The notes beneath the pieces were generated by a model. The model did not search any database, had not been told where the DNA came from, and worked only from the letters and a program-made list of their open reading frames with translations. From Burkholderiaceae bacterium (GTDB lineage Bacteria > Pseudomonadota > Gammaproteobacteria > Burkholderiales > Burkholderiaceae_C), in contig JBOHHM010000020.1 in the NCBI GenBank assembly GCA_050725495.1, positions 1-43,880 of the forward strand: 43,880 bases of DNA. The letters are read 5' to 3'. Below are positions 25,934-34,140 of this stretch, in pieces. The position numbers and the translations under genes were made by a program. Numbering within the stretch: position 1 is the first letter of the stretch; each line of letters begins with the position of its first letter.

Positions 25934-27888
25934 CAGAGATTCCTCCCCGCGTGTTCGAGCTGGCGGCGCGCATCGGCGGCGGCCTGCAGCGTGGTCTGGC
26001 GGTTGGTGCCCGGGGCGAAGCTCTGCTGGATGGTGAGGTTGACGGTGTTGCCGCCGAAGCCGGGCTTGTTCTGCGCGGCCGGGATGATGCGTTCGCCCTT
26101 GTGGATCTTGGCGACCATGTCTTGGGGCACATAGTCGGTGCCGACATCGAAGCTCATCAAACTGCCGAACCAACTGCCGATGCTGCTGATCAGGCCGCCG
26201 CCGCCACCCGCGGATGACTGGCCCCGGTCCATGCGGGCGAAGTCGCCGCCCGTCTTGGGGGCACCACCGCCGCCCAGCAGGGCCTTGCCAAAGCTGTCCA
26301 GCAGGCCGCCGGCCATGCCCTTGCCGGTGCCGCCCGGCACCAGGTCGCCGAACAACTCGCGCGCGATGTTGGCTGCGGCGGCTTCGGCCACCATGCGGTT
26401 GATCATGCTGGTGAAGCCTTTGCCGATGTTCTGAAAATTGCCCTCCATGAGGTCGAACAGGCCCTGGCCGAGCGCGTCCTGGATGTTCTGGGCCGCGCGC
26501 TTGTTGAACTCGTCGAACTGGTTGACCTCCTTGTTCACCTCCTCCAGGCTCTCCAGGTACTCCTGCCAGTGCTTCGTGCCCATCCGCTCGGCGGTTTCTG
26601 CGCTGATGAGGGGGTTGCTCTGCGCGGTGCGGGCGAGCTCCTCGAGCTGGCGCTGCAGCTTCTCGTAGGGCGTCTCCACCTCCCGCGCGAAGCGCTCGGA
26701 CTCTTCGAACAGCTTGCCGGCGGCGTCGGCGGCTTCCTTGGCCGCCTTCTCGCTCGCCTTCTCGCTATCCTTCTCGGCCTTCTTCAGGTCGATCAGCCGC
26801 GCCGTGGCCAGCAGCTGCTGTTCCAGCGCCGGGTTGACCAGCCCCATGCGGCCGCTCTGGATCTCGGCCAGGGTCTGCTCCTCGATGCCGAGCTCCCTGG
26901 TCTTCTCGAGCTGGCGCTGCAGGTTCTCGAGGTAGCGCTTGGCCTCGGCCAGCGGGTCTTTGGCGGCGCCACCTTTCGGCGAGCCCGTCTTCTTCCTGGC
27001 TGGATCGTCCGGAATCTCCAGCGCCGCGCGCGGCGCAGTGGGGTCGACGGCGGCAGGGTTCACGAAGCCACGGCCGCCGCCCACCTCTGGCGCCATGCCA
27101 TAGAAGCTGCGCACGTTCTGCCAGTAGCGCTCCGCGGCGATCTGCAGGAACCCCTTGCCCTCTTTCTGCCCCTCGCGGAACTTGGCGATAGTTTCGTTCA
27201 GCGCCGTGACGACGTCGACGGTCAGCGAGCGCGCGAAGTCCTCCGCATTGGCCTTGAGCTGGTAGAGCTGCTTGTTGAACTTCTCGGCCTCTTCGGCCGC
27301 CTGGGTGCTGGTAGTGGCCACCAGGGACGACTTTTCCGAAAGGTCTTTCAGGAAGGGGGCGATCTCGCGCGCGGACTTGCCGGTGAGCTCGAGGATGGCC
27401 CGCCCCTTGGCCCCGTCGTCCGCGAAGGTGGAGAACGCCACCGCCAGGCGGCGCATGGCCTCGGCCGGGTCCAGCTGCTTGAGCTCGTTGGCGTTCAGCC
27501 CCAACGCCTTGAGGATGGCCGCGGCGCGTTTGCCGTCCTCCTCGCTGTCGTTGAGGATCTTGTTGAACTTGAGCAGGGCCGAGGCGGCCGTGTCGAAGCT
27601 GCCCCCCGTCTCGCGCGCCACGCGGTCGAGCGCGCTGATGTTCTCGATGCTCGCGCCGGTGGCGTCGGCCAGGTCGTTGAACTCGTCGATGGCCTTGGAC
27701 GACTGAACCACCAGGGCGGCAATGGCGCCGGCGGAGACGGGCACGGCCAGCGCCGCCAGCGCGCCGCCGATGGAGCTCTTGAGGGTGTTGGCGTTGAAGC
27801 CCAGCTGGTCGAACTGACGGCTGACGGAGGCAAAGGCCGCCGCGGTCTTGTCTTCTGCCGTGATCTTGATGTTGGCCTGGGTGGTCAT
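25933..27888 (-). CDS. Tail tape measure protein
   Basis: 651 aa, alpha-helical and Ala/Glu/Lys-rich (FNKILNDSEEDGKRAAAILKALGLNANELKQL...). It sits after the chaperone pair and before the distal tail genes. Confidence 0.9.
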   Translation of the reverse strand: MTTQANIKITAEDKTAAAFASVSRQFDQLGFNANTLKSSIGGALAALAVPVSAGAIAALVVQSSKAIDEFNDLADATGASIENISALDRVARETGGSFDTAASALLKFNKILNDSEEDGKRAAAILKALGLNANELKQLDPAEAMRRLAVAFSTFADDGAKGRAILELTGKSAREIAPFLKDLSEKSSLVATTSTQAAEEAEKFNKQLYQLKANAEDFARSLTVDVVTALNETIAKFREGQKEGKGFLQIAAERYWQNVRSFYGMAPEVGGGRGFVNPAAVDPTAPRAALEIPDDPARKKTGSPKGGAAKDPLAEAKRYLENLQRQLEKTRELGIEEQTLAEIQSGRMGLVNPALEQQLLATARLIDLKKAEKDSEKASEKAAKEAADAAGKLFEESERFAREVETPYEKLQRQLEELARTAQSNPLISAETAERMGTKHWQEYLESLEEVNKEVNQFDEFNKRAAQNIQDALGQGLFDLMEGNFQNIGKGFTSMINRMVAEAAAANIARELFGDLVPGGTGKGMAGGLLDSFGKALLGGGGAPKTGGDFARMDRGQSSAGGGGGLISSIGSWFGSLMSFDVGTDYVPQDMVAKIHKGERIIPAAQNKPGFGGNTVNLTIQQSFAPGTNRQTTLQAAADARRQLEHAGRNL

Positions 27889-28232
27889 GCGTCAAGGCTC
27901 CGGTTGATGGCGTCCACCTGGGCGGCGATGTCCGCAGGCGTGGGCGGCGCAGGCTCCGGCGGCGCGGGGGCCCAGGGGTCGGGTGGCATCAGGTCGGCCG
28001 CGCGCCACAGGCGCTTGTCGGGCCTGGAGAGCGGGCCGTTGTGCGCCGCCGCGAGCAGCTGCGCATGGTGCAGCCGGTCGGCCGCCGGGTGTTGCTGCTC
28101 GTTCCTGAAATACACCTGCCACTCTCCGAATTCATGCGCCGTCATGCGCCTGCCCAGTTCTTCCACGGTGCAGCCCAGCCGGAGTGCGAGGGCAAAGGCG
28201 AAGCGCCGGTCCGGCTGGTGCGTCAGTTTTTT
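27885..28232 (-). CDS. gpT-like extension of the tail assembly chaperone, reached by -1 frameshift (G-T fusion)
   Basis: The -1 frame relative to the chaperone is open from the slippery site: KKLTHQPDRRFAFALALRLGCTVEELGRRMTAHEFGEWQVYFRNEQ...; there is no convincing independent start or RBS. Confidence 0.6.
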   Translation of the reverse strand, partial: KKLTHQPDRRFAFALALRLGCTVEELGRRMTAHEFGEWQVYFRNEQQHPAADRLHHAQLLAAAHNGPLSRPDKRLWRAADLMPPDPWAPAPPEPAPPTPADIAAQVDAINRSLDA

Positions 28233-28591
28233 TCGATGGCCTCTTCGTCGTGGCCGCCCAGGCGGCGCGCCACCTTGAAGAGATGCAGCACCGGCTCGGG
28301 GTGCGTCGCGCCGAACTGGTCCCATTGGTCGGCGCTCCACATCGGCTCGCCGTCGGCCAGCACGACGCAGCGGGCCAGGGTGTTGGCCACCAGACGGCCG
28401 CCGGCCCGGGCGCGCGCCTGGAGCTCGGTCTCGCCCGCAAGCGGCGCGCTCAGGCCGGCATTGAGCGCGGACATCTCCAGCCGCTGCGACAGCAGCAGGC
28501 CACGCACGATGAGCTCGCCGCCCAGGGCGTCGACCTGTACCGCTTCTTTGGGCAGCACAGGCGGCTTGATCTGATTGCGTTCCAGGGCCAT
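28223..28591 (-). CDS. Tail assembly chaperone (gpG-like)
   Basis: From ATG 28591: MALERNQIKPPVLPKEAVQVDALGGELIVRGL...; 122 aa, between the tail tube and tape measure genes. Confidence 0.7.
   Translation of the reverse strand: MALERNQIKPPVLPKEAVQVDALGGELIVRGLLLSQRLEMSALNAGLSAPLAGETELQARARAGGRLVANTLARCVVLADGEPMWSADQWDQFGATHPEPVLHLFKVARRLGGHDEEAIEKN
28226..28232 (-). promoter_or_regulatory. Programmed -1 ribosomal frameshift slippery heptamer A_AAA_AAC
   Basis: The minus strand reads GCC ATC GAA AAA AAC TGA. The X_XXY_YYZ heptamer occupies the last two codons before the chaperone stop. Confidence 0.65.
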
Positions 28592-28596
28592 GGCGG

Positions 28597-29238
28597 TCAG
28601 CTCGTGTAGTTGGTGATGCGGCCGCGCAGGCGGAAGGTCACCGGCGTGGTCACGGGCTGGCCCGCGCTGCCGACCGGCACGAGCGGCGCGCTCATGTAGG
28701 CCGCGAAGTAGAGCTTGGCGCCAGTGGCGAAGGTGATCTGCAGGCAGCCCGCCGTCTTGCTGTTGTCGAAGACCTGCATCTGCTTGAGCGCCGCATCGCC
28801 CGGATCCCACAGCGAGCCGAAGTTGTAGACGATGGGCGTGCGGTTGCCCGGGATCTCGATGTTCTGGTCGTCGTGGATGGTGGAGACACCGATCGACTCC
28901 GCCTCCCCGCCACTGCCGTTGATGTCCTGCAGCGTCGAGGCCGTGGCGCCGAAGGTGATCTTCTCGGCCGTGCCGGAGACGAAGGTGTCGAAGCTGGTGG
29001 AGTCGACGCCTTCGAGCTGGAAGTCGTTGGCCGTGACGCCGGCCGCGCGCACCACGCGGTAGTCGAGTTGCGTCATGCCGCTGATCTTGAGCAGCAGGAC
29101 ATCACCGTTCGTGTAGCCGTGCGTGGTGGACGTGGCCACGGCCGGGTTGGCCTTGGTGATGGCGGTGATGGTCTTGGCCGCTGCCAGCACGGTTTGCACC
29201 GCGACGGCGACCTTGCTCCAGACATTGATGGTTGCCAT
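28597..29238 (-). CDS. Major tail (tube) protein
   Basis: 213 aa, beta-rich, at the canonical position upstream of the chaperones. Confidence 0.75.
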   Translation of the reverse strand: MATINVWSKVAVAVQTVLAAAKTITAITKANPAVATSTTHGYTNGDVLLLKISGMTQLDYRVVRAAGVTANDFQLEGVDSTSFDTFVSGTAEKITFGATASTLQDINGSGGEAESIGVSTIHDDQNIEIPGNRTPIVYNFGSLWDPGDAALKQMQVFDNSKTAGCLQITFATGAKLYFAAYMSAPLVPVGSAGQPVTTPVTFRLRGRITNYTS

Positions 29239-29252
29239 GGGTGGTGCTCCGT

Positions 29253-29702
29253 TCAGAAAATGACATCGGGGGTGGCGGCGTTCACCAGGTAGGTGAAGCG
29301 CCAGGACTGCTGCCGGGCGGCGAGCAGGCGGTCGAGTTCGCCGGTGATGACCAGGCGGCTGTGGGTGATGCGCACGCCCAGCTTGGCCAGCGCGGCCAGG
29401 GCGGTGCTGGGGGCGATGAGCTTTTCCATCGCTAGGCCCAGCGCGCGCGCATCGGCCGCGGCGGTGGTGCTGTGGCTCAGCACGCCGCTGACCAGCACCG
29501 ACAGCTCGCGCTGTTCGACGCCGTGGATGGTGTAGGGCTCGGCGCTCTCGCCTTCCTGGTCTTCCTCGATCAGGATGGCCGGCAGCTCATTGGCCTGCAG
29601 CGGGTCGACGCGATCGACAAACACACGCGTGCCGGCCACGGTGCCGCCGCTGGACAGCAAGGCGGCGAGCGCGTCGAGGATCTGTTGCTGGGCGTGGGCC
29701 AT
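29253..29702 (-). CDS. Tail terminator / tail completion protein (putative)
   Basis: 149 aa, between the connector genes and the tail tube. The call rests on position and size only. Confidence 0.45.
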   Translation of the reverse strand: MAHAQQQILDALAALLSSGGTVAGTRVFVDRVDPLQANELPAILIEEDQEGESAEPYTIHGVEQRELSVLVSGVLSHSTTAAADARALGLAMEKLIAPSTALAALAKLGVRITHSRLVITGELDRLLAARQQSWRFTYLVNAATPDVIF

Positions 29703-29706
29703 GGCC

Positions 29707-30003
29707 TCAGACCCTCAAGCGCAGGGTGGTCATGCCGGTGCCGTCGGGCATGGGCTCGACCACCTTGTAGGTGGTGCCGTTGACCACCAGCAGCAGGCCT
29801 TGCACATTGGCCGGGACGCTGCTGGAGAGCAGGTCGAACTCGGGCGCGCTGCCGGCGACACCGCCGCTGAGCTCGTCGAGCTGGTAGGCGTTGTCGAAGA
29901 TGCCGCTGACGGGCAGGCCGGCCAGCGTGGCGTCCGCGTTGGGCAGGCGCTTGAACACCGCGCTGTTGAGGCGGGCTTCGAGTGCTGCGAACGGTGCGGG
30001 CAT
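29707..30003 (-). CDS. Head-tail joining / adaptor protein (putative)
   Basis: 98 aa; the FAALEARLNSAVFKRL...VSGIFDNAY pattern resembles small head-tail joining proteins. Position is consistent. Confidence 0.45.
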   Translation of the reverse strand: MPAPFAALEARLNSAVFKRLPNADATLAGLPVSGIFDNAYQLDELSGGVAGSAPEFDLLSSSVPANVQGLLLVVNGTTYKVVEPMPDGTGMTTLRLRV

Positions 30004-30035
30004 GGCGGCGGCCTAGGAGTCGGGGCAGCGGCTGA

Positions 30036-30380
30036 TCAGGTGGCGACCGGCAGGTACTGGCCCAGCTTCATGGCGACGGTGGCCGACGGGTTGGCCGCGG
30101 CCGCCACCGCGACGCCCACGCATTGCTGGGCGGCGGCGGTCTTGTTGACGACCTTGTTGGTGGCATCCCAGAACAGGCGGTCGCCGACGCTGATGGCCAG
30201 GGCGCTGGTCTTGGCGATCTCGACCACGCCCTGGGTGATGAACTCGCCGGCGGCGTTGGCCGCCACGTCGTTGGTGGCCACGCCGAACACGGCGGCGCCG
30301 AACAGGTAGCCGACGCCGGAGGCGACGGCGGCGGTCGGGGTCAGCGTGAGGATGTCGCCGCGCTGGGTGAAGTTTTTCAT
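30036..30380 (-). CDS. DUF2190-family protein (probable head decoration/cement protein)
   Basis: MKNFTQRGDILTLTPTAAVASGVGYLFGAAVFGVA...GDRLFWDATNKVV is close to the DUF2190 consensus. It lies directly after the capsid gene. Confidence 0.7.
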   Translation of the reverse strand: MKNFTQRGDILTLTPTAAVASGVGYLFGAAVFGVATNDVAANAAGEFITQGVVEIAKTSALAISVGDRLFWDATNKVVNKTAAAQQCVGVAVAAAANPSATVAMKLGQYLPVAT

Positions 30381-30414
30381 GAGAGGTGCTCCAAGGTTGA
30401 GGGTTCAGGCCGAT

Positions 30415-30436
30415 GGGGCCCGGCGCGCCGGGCCCC
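30415..30436. repeat. Perfect 22-bp GC palindrome between the capsid and decoration genes
   Basis: GGGGCCCGGCGCGCCGGGCCCC equals its own reverse complement. Confidence 0.9.
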
Positions 30437-30442
30437 GCGTCA

Positions 30443-32476
30443 TCAGGCGCCGTTGGCCTTGTAGAGGCCGCGGTAGTCGACAGCCTTGGCGGCGAAGTCG
30501 AGCCGGCATTTGTAGGAGACGCCGTCGACCTCGAAGCCGACCTCGCTCTCGATCACCGGGCCTTCGGCGTCGTCGAGGTAGCAGTACTCGACGGTGTCGA
30601 CCTGCGAGCTCTCGCTGGCCAGGTACCAGGCGGTGGCGCTGTTGGCGTCGAGCACGGGCTCGATCACCGGGGTGAGGGCGGTGCGGCCACCGGTGCGGAA
30701 CTCGTTGACCTCGGCCTTGGTGGCCGGCACATAGTTGCTGCTGGTCAGCTGGTAGGCCGTTTGCTCGAGCGCGGCCGGCAGGATCAGGTAGGACGGCGCG
30801 AGGTTGAGCTCCTCGCTGGCCAGGCCCTTTTGCACGCGCATCGCGGTGCGGGCGGTGGCCAGGCTGGAGAACTGCAGGGCGCTGCCGGCGCCGGTGCCCA
30901 GGTTCTTGTGCGTGGCGGCCTCGAACAGGGCGATGCCGTCGGCCAGGTTGGCGTTGGCGGTGAGCTGGCTGTAGACCGTGCGGTTTTCCAGGCGGCGGGC
31001 GGCGAAGCCGAAGGCCGAGACCAGGCGCTCGAAGGCGCGCAGGTCGTCGTTGACGATGGCCTGGCGCGTCAGCGAGACGATGCGGCCGTAGGTCAGCACA
31101 GCGTAGTTCTCGGCGCCGTCGGTCAGGTTGCCGACCTTGAATTCGCCGTGCTCGTTGACCTGCAGCAGGTCCGGGGCGCCGGACAGCTGCACCACCTTCA
31201 TCGACTTGAAGTCCGGCGCATTGGGCGCGCGGCGGGCCCACATGGCGTAGCTGCCTGGGTTTTCGTCGTAGGCGCCACGCAGCCGCTTGTTGGCGACGTT
31301 GGCGAACAGGCTCGAGAAGTCCGACGTACCCATCATGCCGCCGGCGCGGAAGTGCAGGATGGTGCCGGCGAGCTCCATGCGGGCCATGCCGCGCGTTTGC
31401 ACGCCATGGGCCTCCAGGAAGTCGCGGCCGATCTCCAGCAGGCTCATGCCACGGTACTGGCGGCCGTTGTCGTCGAGCTGGGTGGCCGGGGCCACGCGGT
31501 GCAGGATGGCCTGCTCGATGCCGGCCAGACGGACCTGCATTTCGTCGCGTACGGTCTCGATGCGGCCGAGGTTGCGGTGGCCGCCCTGGGCGGCATCGCG
31601 GCGGGCCAGCTCTTCGAGCACGGCGCCTCGGGCCTGCTCCACGCTGTTGCCGGCGCGGATCATGCCGGCGGCCAGCTGCGCCACGCCGTGGCGGGCGCAC
31701 AGGTCGGTGATGTCGGCAGAGCGGGTTTGCTCGGCCTGCTGGGCGAGGGTGGCCGCGGCGGCGGTTTCAGCGGCTGCAGCCGTGGCAGCGCGTTGGGCTT
31801 CCGCCGCGGCAGCGATTTCTTCAGGGGTCATGGAAATTTCTCCAGAGTTGAGGGGTTCGGCGGAAGCGCCCACCGTGGGCGATTGGGTTGCACCCGCAGC
31901 GCGGGTTTCGATGAATTCGCAGGGAGACCCGCGCAAGCTGTCGCTGCGGGTGCTGCTCATCGCATCCGCAGGAATAGGGACAAACGAGATTTCGGCGGGC
32001 TCCCAGTCGACCGCGCGGTACAGGGGCACGGTGCCGCCGTCGCTGCGGTTGGCCGCACTGACGATTTCGTACTTGCGCACGTTGTAGCCCACGCTGATGT
32101 TCTTGATCAGCCCGGCCTCGATGTCGCGCACGATGCCGGCGACCTCGTCACGCTCGGACAGGCGCAACACGGCGCGGCCTTCGCCGCCCTGGACCCAGGC
32201 GCGGTCGACCACGCCGATCTGGTCGTCCAGGCTGTAGCTGCTGTGGGTGTTGAGCACCGGCGCGCCGCCGGTGTTCAGGCGCGTCAGGTCGATGGCGTTG
32301 GCATCGACGACCAGCTCTTCGTCGTAGCTCTGGTCGGTCCACCAGTCGCGGCGCCGCACGCGCGCGCCGGTGGTCCACACGACCTCAACCGTGCGCTCCT
32401 TGGAATTGAAGGTGGCGGGCGCCACCGAGGCGGCCCGCTGCTGGGTGGGGAGGAAGCGGTTTTGTTGCTGGTCCAT
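30443..32476 (-). CDS. Prohead protease - Ala-rich linker - major capsid protein fusion
   Basis: 677 aa. N-terminus VLNTHSSYSLDDQIGVVDRAW...ISVGYNVRKYE (HK97-type prohead protease pattern), an Ala-rich helical linker EEIAAAAEAQRAATAAAAETAAAATLAQQAEQ, and a C-terminal capsid-sized domain of about 400 aa. Confidence 0.75.
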   Translation of the reverse strand: MDQQQNRFLPTQQRAASVAPATFNSKERTVEVVWTTGARVRRRDWWTDQSYDEELVVDANAIDLTRLNTGGAPVLNTHSSYSLDDQIGVVDRAWVQGGEGRAVLRLSERDEVAGIVRDIEAGLIKNISVGYNVRKYEIVSAANRSDGGTVPLYRAVDWEPAEISFVPIPADAMSSTRSDSLRGSPCEFIETRAAGATQSPTVGASAEPLNSGEISMTPEEIAAAAEAQRAATAAAAETAAAATLAQQAEQTRSADITDLCARHGVAQLAAGMIRAGNSVEQARGAVLEELARRDAAQGGHRNLGRIETVRDEMQVRLAGIEQAILHRVAPATQLDDNGRQYRGMSLLEIGRDFLEAHGVQTRGMARMELAGTILHFRAGGMMGTSDFSSLFANVANKRLRGAYDENPGSYAMWARRAPNAPDFKSMKVVQLSGAPDLLQVNEHGEFKVGNLTDGAENYAVLTYGRIVSLTRQAIVNDDLRAFERLVSAFGFAARRLENRTVYSQLTANANLADGIALFEAATHKNLGTGAGSALQFSSLATARTAMRVQKGLASEELNLAPSYLILPAALEQTAYQLTSSNYVPATKAEVNEFRTGGRTALTPVIEPVLDANSATAWYLASESSQVDTVEYCYLDDAEGPVIESEVGFEVDGVSYKCRLDFAAKAVDYRGLYKANGA

Positions 32477-32498
32477 GCCACGTATCGTGGCGATGGGA

Positions 32499-32526
32499 CT
32501 GTCTCATTTCCCGGAAAACTGAGACG
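32499..32526. promoter_or_regulatory. Conserved inverted-repeat element, copy 1 (CTGTCTCA-N13-TGAGACg)
   Basis: Lies in the 54-nt gap just upstream of the capsid fusion gene. It shares CTGTCTCATTTC...AAAAnCTGAGAC with the copy at 35894. Confidence 0.6.
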
Positions 32527-32530
32527 ATTT

Positions 32531-32767
32531 TCAGCCGCGCATCTCGGGCTCTAACTGTTGGCGGCGGCGCTCGGCCTCATAAGCCCCTCGGCAGTGGTCG
32601 TGCTGCCAGAAGAAGATCGCGTTCACCAGGTCGGCCAAGAAGCCCCAGGGCTTGCCGTCGCGCTTGAGGCGGTAGAGGTGGGACGAGATGGTTTCGTCGG
32701 CCCAGCCGCCAAACAAAGTGTTGAAAAATTGGTCCAGTGCGATCAGCACCTGCAGCAGGTAGTTCAT
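32531..32767 (-). CDS. Hypothetical protein, 78 aa
   Basis: MNYLLQVLIALDQFFNTLFGGWADETISSHLYRLKRDGKPWG...WQHDHCRGAYE; function unknown. Confidence 0.5.
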   Translation of the reverse strand: MNYLLQVLIALDQFFNTLFGGWADETISSHLYRLKRDGKPWGFLADLVNAIFFWQHDHCRGAYEAERRRQQLEPEMRG

Positions 32768-32768
32768 G

Positions 32769-32954
32769 CTAGGTGATTTGGTACTGGTTGCAGTAGCTCT
32801 CGCAGGCCTTCTGCATCACGAACGCGATGTAGTCCGCATCGCTCGCCAGCGGGACGAAGGCCTTGTCCTGGGCATTGGCCGCGTTGTAGGCCTGGCGCGC
32901 GGCCGCGATGCCGGCCAGCAGCTTGGCGTCCTTGATGTCGAGCGTGAAGATCAT
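32769..32954 (-). CDS. Hypothetical protein, 61 aa
   Basis: From ATG 32954 (ATGA overlap with the upstream gene): MIFTLDIKDAKLLAGIAAARQAYN... Confidence 0.4.
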   Translation of the reverse strand: MIFTLDIKDAKLLAGIAAARQAYNAANAQDKAFVPLASDADYIAFVMQKACESYCNQYQIT

Positions 32955-33151
32955 GCGGCCTCCTGGGCGGTGACGGGGTCGAAGGCAGGTTCGGGCGCAG
33001 GGTTTGCCTTCAAGGAGTCGAGTTCCTTCTGCAGCAGCGCGATCTTCTCGTCGCGCTCCGCAATCTCGCCGCACAGATGGGCCACGGTGTCATGCGCCTG
33101 GTTGCGCTGGGCGACGAGCTGGTTGATGATGGCTTGGGTTTTTTGGTCCAT
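32951..33151 (-). CDS. Hypothetical coiled-coil protein, 66 aa
   Basis: From ATG 33151: MDQKTQAIINQLVAQRNQAHDTVAHLCGEIAERDEKIALLQKELDSLK. Confidence 0.4.
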   Translation of the reverse strand: MDQKTQAIINQLVAQRNQAHDTVAHLCGEIAERDEKIALLQKELDSLKANPAPEPAFDPVTAQEAA

Positions 33152-33159
33152 GGGATCTT

Positions 33160-33792
33160 TCAGAAGCAAGGGATGTAGCGCACCGTGCCAGCGGCGTTCT
33201 TGATGGCCAGCCACTCCTGCACCGTGGTGCTGGCACCGGTTGGGCCAACACTGCTCAAGGCCGTAGCAACCGTGCCGTTGGCCGTCATGCCGTTGGCGAT
33301 CTTGATGCGGCCCGTGCCCAATGGACTCAAGGCCAGGTCGATGTTTGCGCTGCCGGTGCCGGCGCTTTCAGCGGCCAACGTGATGACGCCGAGTGCTGTA
33401 TTGAGGCCGAAGCGTTCGTAGTTGCTGCCGTCGGTGAAGCTGGTGTATGTTCTGCCCGCCTGCGCATTCACGCCATTGCGCTGAGCCAGGCTGTTGGCGG
33501 CGTCGCGTTCAAGCCTTACATCAGCAGTATTTGAACCAACAATCCCTAGTCCCAGAGTTGAAGTAGATAATCTAAAACCCCAACTACTGTCACCCCAAGC
33601 AAAGACCTGCCCATCCGCAACAAGGCCAACTACTCCTGCAGTTGCCAGAAACATACCGGATGACGGCTGACTCGCAAACGCATAACTCGGCGCTGCCGCC
33701 GTGCCGTTATCAAGCTTGATCGTCCCGCCCGTGATGGCGACGGCGGCGGGGTTGTAAAGCCCGGTCTTTCGGGCGTCGAGGGTGACTGTCAT
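33160..33792 (-). CDS. Fibre-like protein, 210 aa
   Basis: GTAAAPSYAFASQPSSGMF...LERDAANSLAQRNGVNAQAGRTYTSFTDGSNYERFGL resembles the N-terminal and shaft motifs of phage tail-fibre or collar proteins. Local GC is low. Confidence 0.5.
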   Translation of the reverse strand: MTVTLDARKTGLYNPAAVAITGGTIKLDNGTAAAPSYAFASQPSSGMFLATAGVVGLVADGQVFAWGDSSWGFRLSTSTLGLGIVGSNTADVRLERDAANSLAQRNGVNAQAGRTYTSFTDGSNYERFGLNTALGVITLAAESAGTGSANIDLALSPLGTGRIKIANGMTANGTVATALSSVGPTGASTTVQEWLAIKNAAGTVRYIPCF

Positions 33793-33793
33793 G

Positions 33794-34120
33794 TCAGTAC
33801 CCCGCAGTCAAAGACACCGCCGCGCCCGTGCCACTGATCGCCGTCACGTTGCCGCGTACATAGGCATAGCGGTCGTTGCTGGCGAAGCTGTCGCTGCTCG
33901 TGGTCGTGGCCAGCGTCAGTGAGATAGTGCCGATGGTGTCCCAGTTCGTGCCGTCGTGGCTGCCCTGCACGAGGATGGTGGCAGCGCCTGTACCAGAGGA
34001 TGTGCTGCCGGACGCCTGGAATGTCTTTTGACCGGAGACGCCGGCTACGCGGGAACCGGCCGCGACAGTAGTTGCGGCTGTTAGCAGGATGGCTGCCTGG
34101 ATGGTGGAGAGTACCGGCAT
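33794..34120 (-). CDS. Hypothetical Ser/Thr/Gly/Ala-rich protein, 108 aa
   Basis: AAGGA RBS, tight packing (TGACATG junction with the next gene), likely an all-beta small protein. Confidence 0.45.
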   Translation of the reverse strand: MPVLSTIQAAILLTAATTVAAGSRVAGVSGQKTFQASGSTSSGTGAATILVQGSHDGTNWDTIGTISLTLATTTSSDSFASNDRYAYVRGNVTAISGTGAAVSLTAGY

Positions 34121-34140
34121 GAGTTGTCCTTAATCTGGAT

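Noticed and set aside
24171-26147. A 658-aa ORF that looks like a single large tail protein
   Set aside because: Only its last 283 codons (from ATG 25019) match the DUF2163/BR0599-like protein. The upstream part is the shadow frame of the DUF2460-like gene, whose own frame gives a recognisable product.
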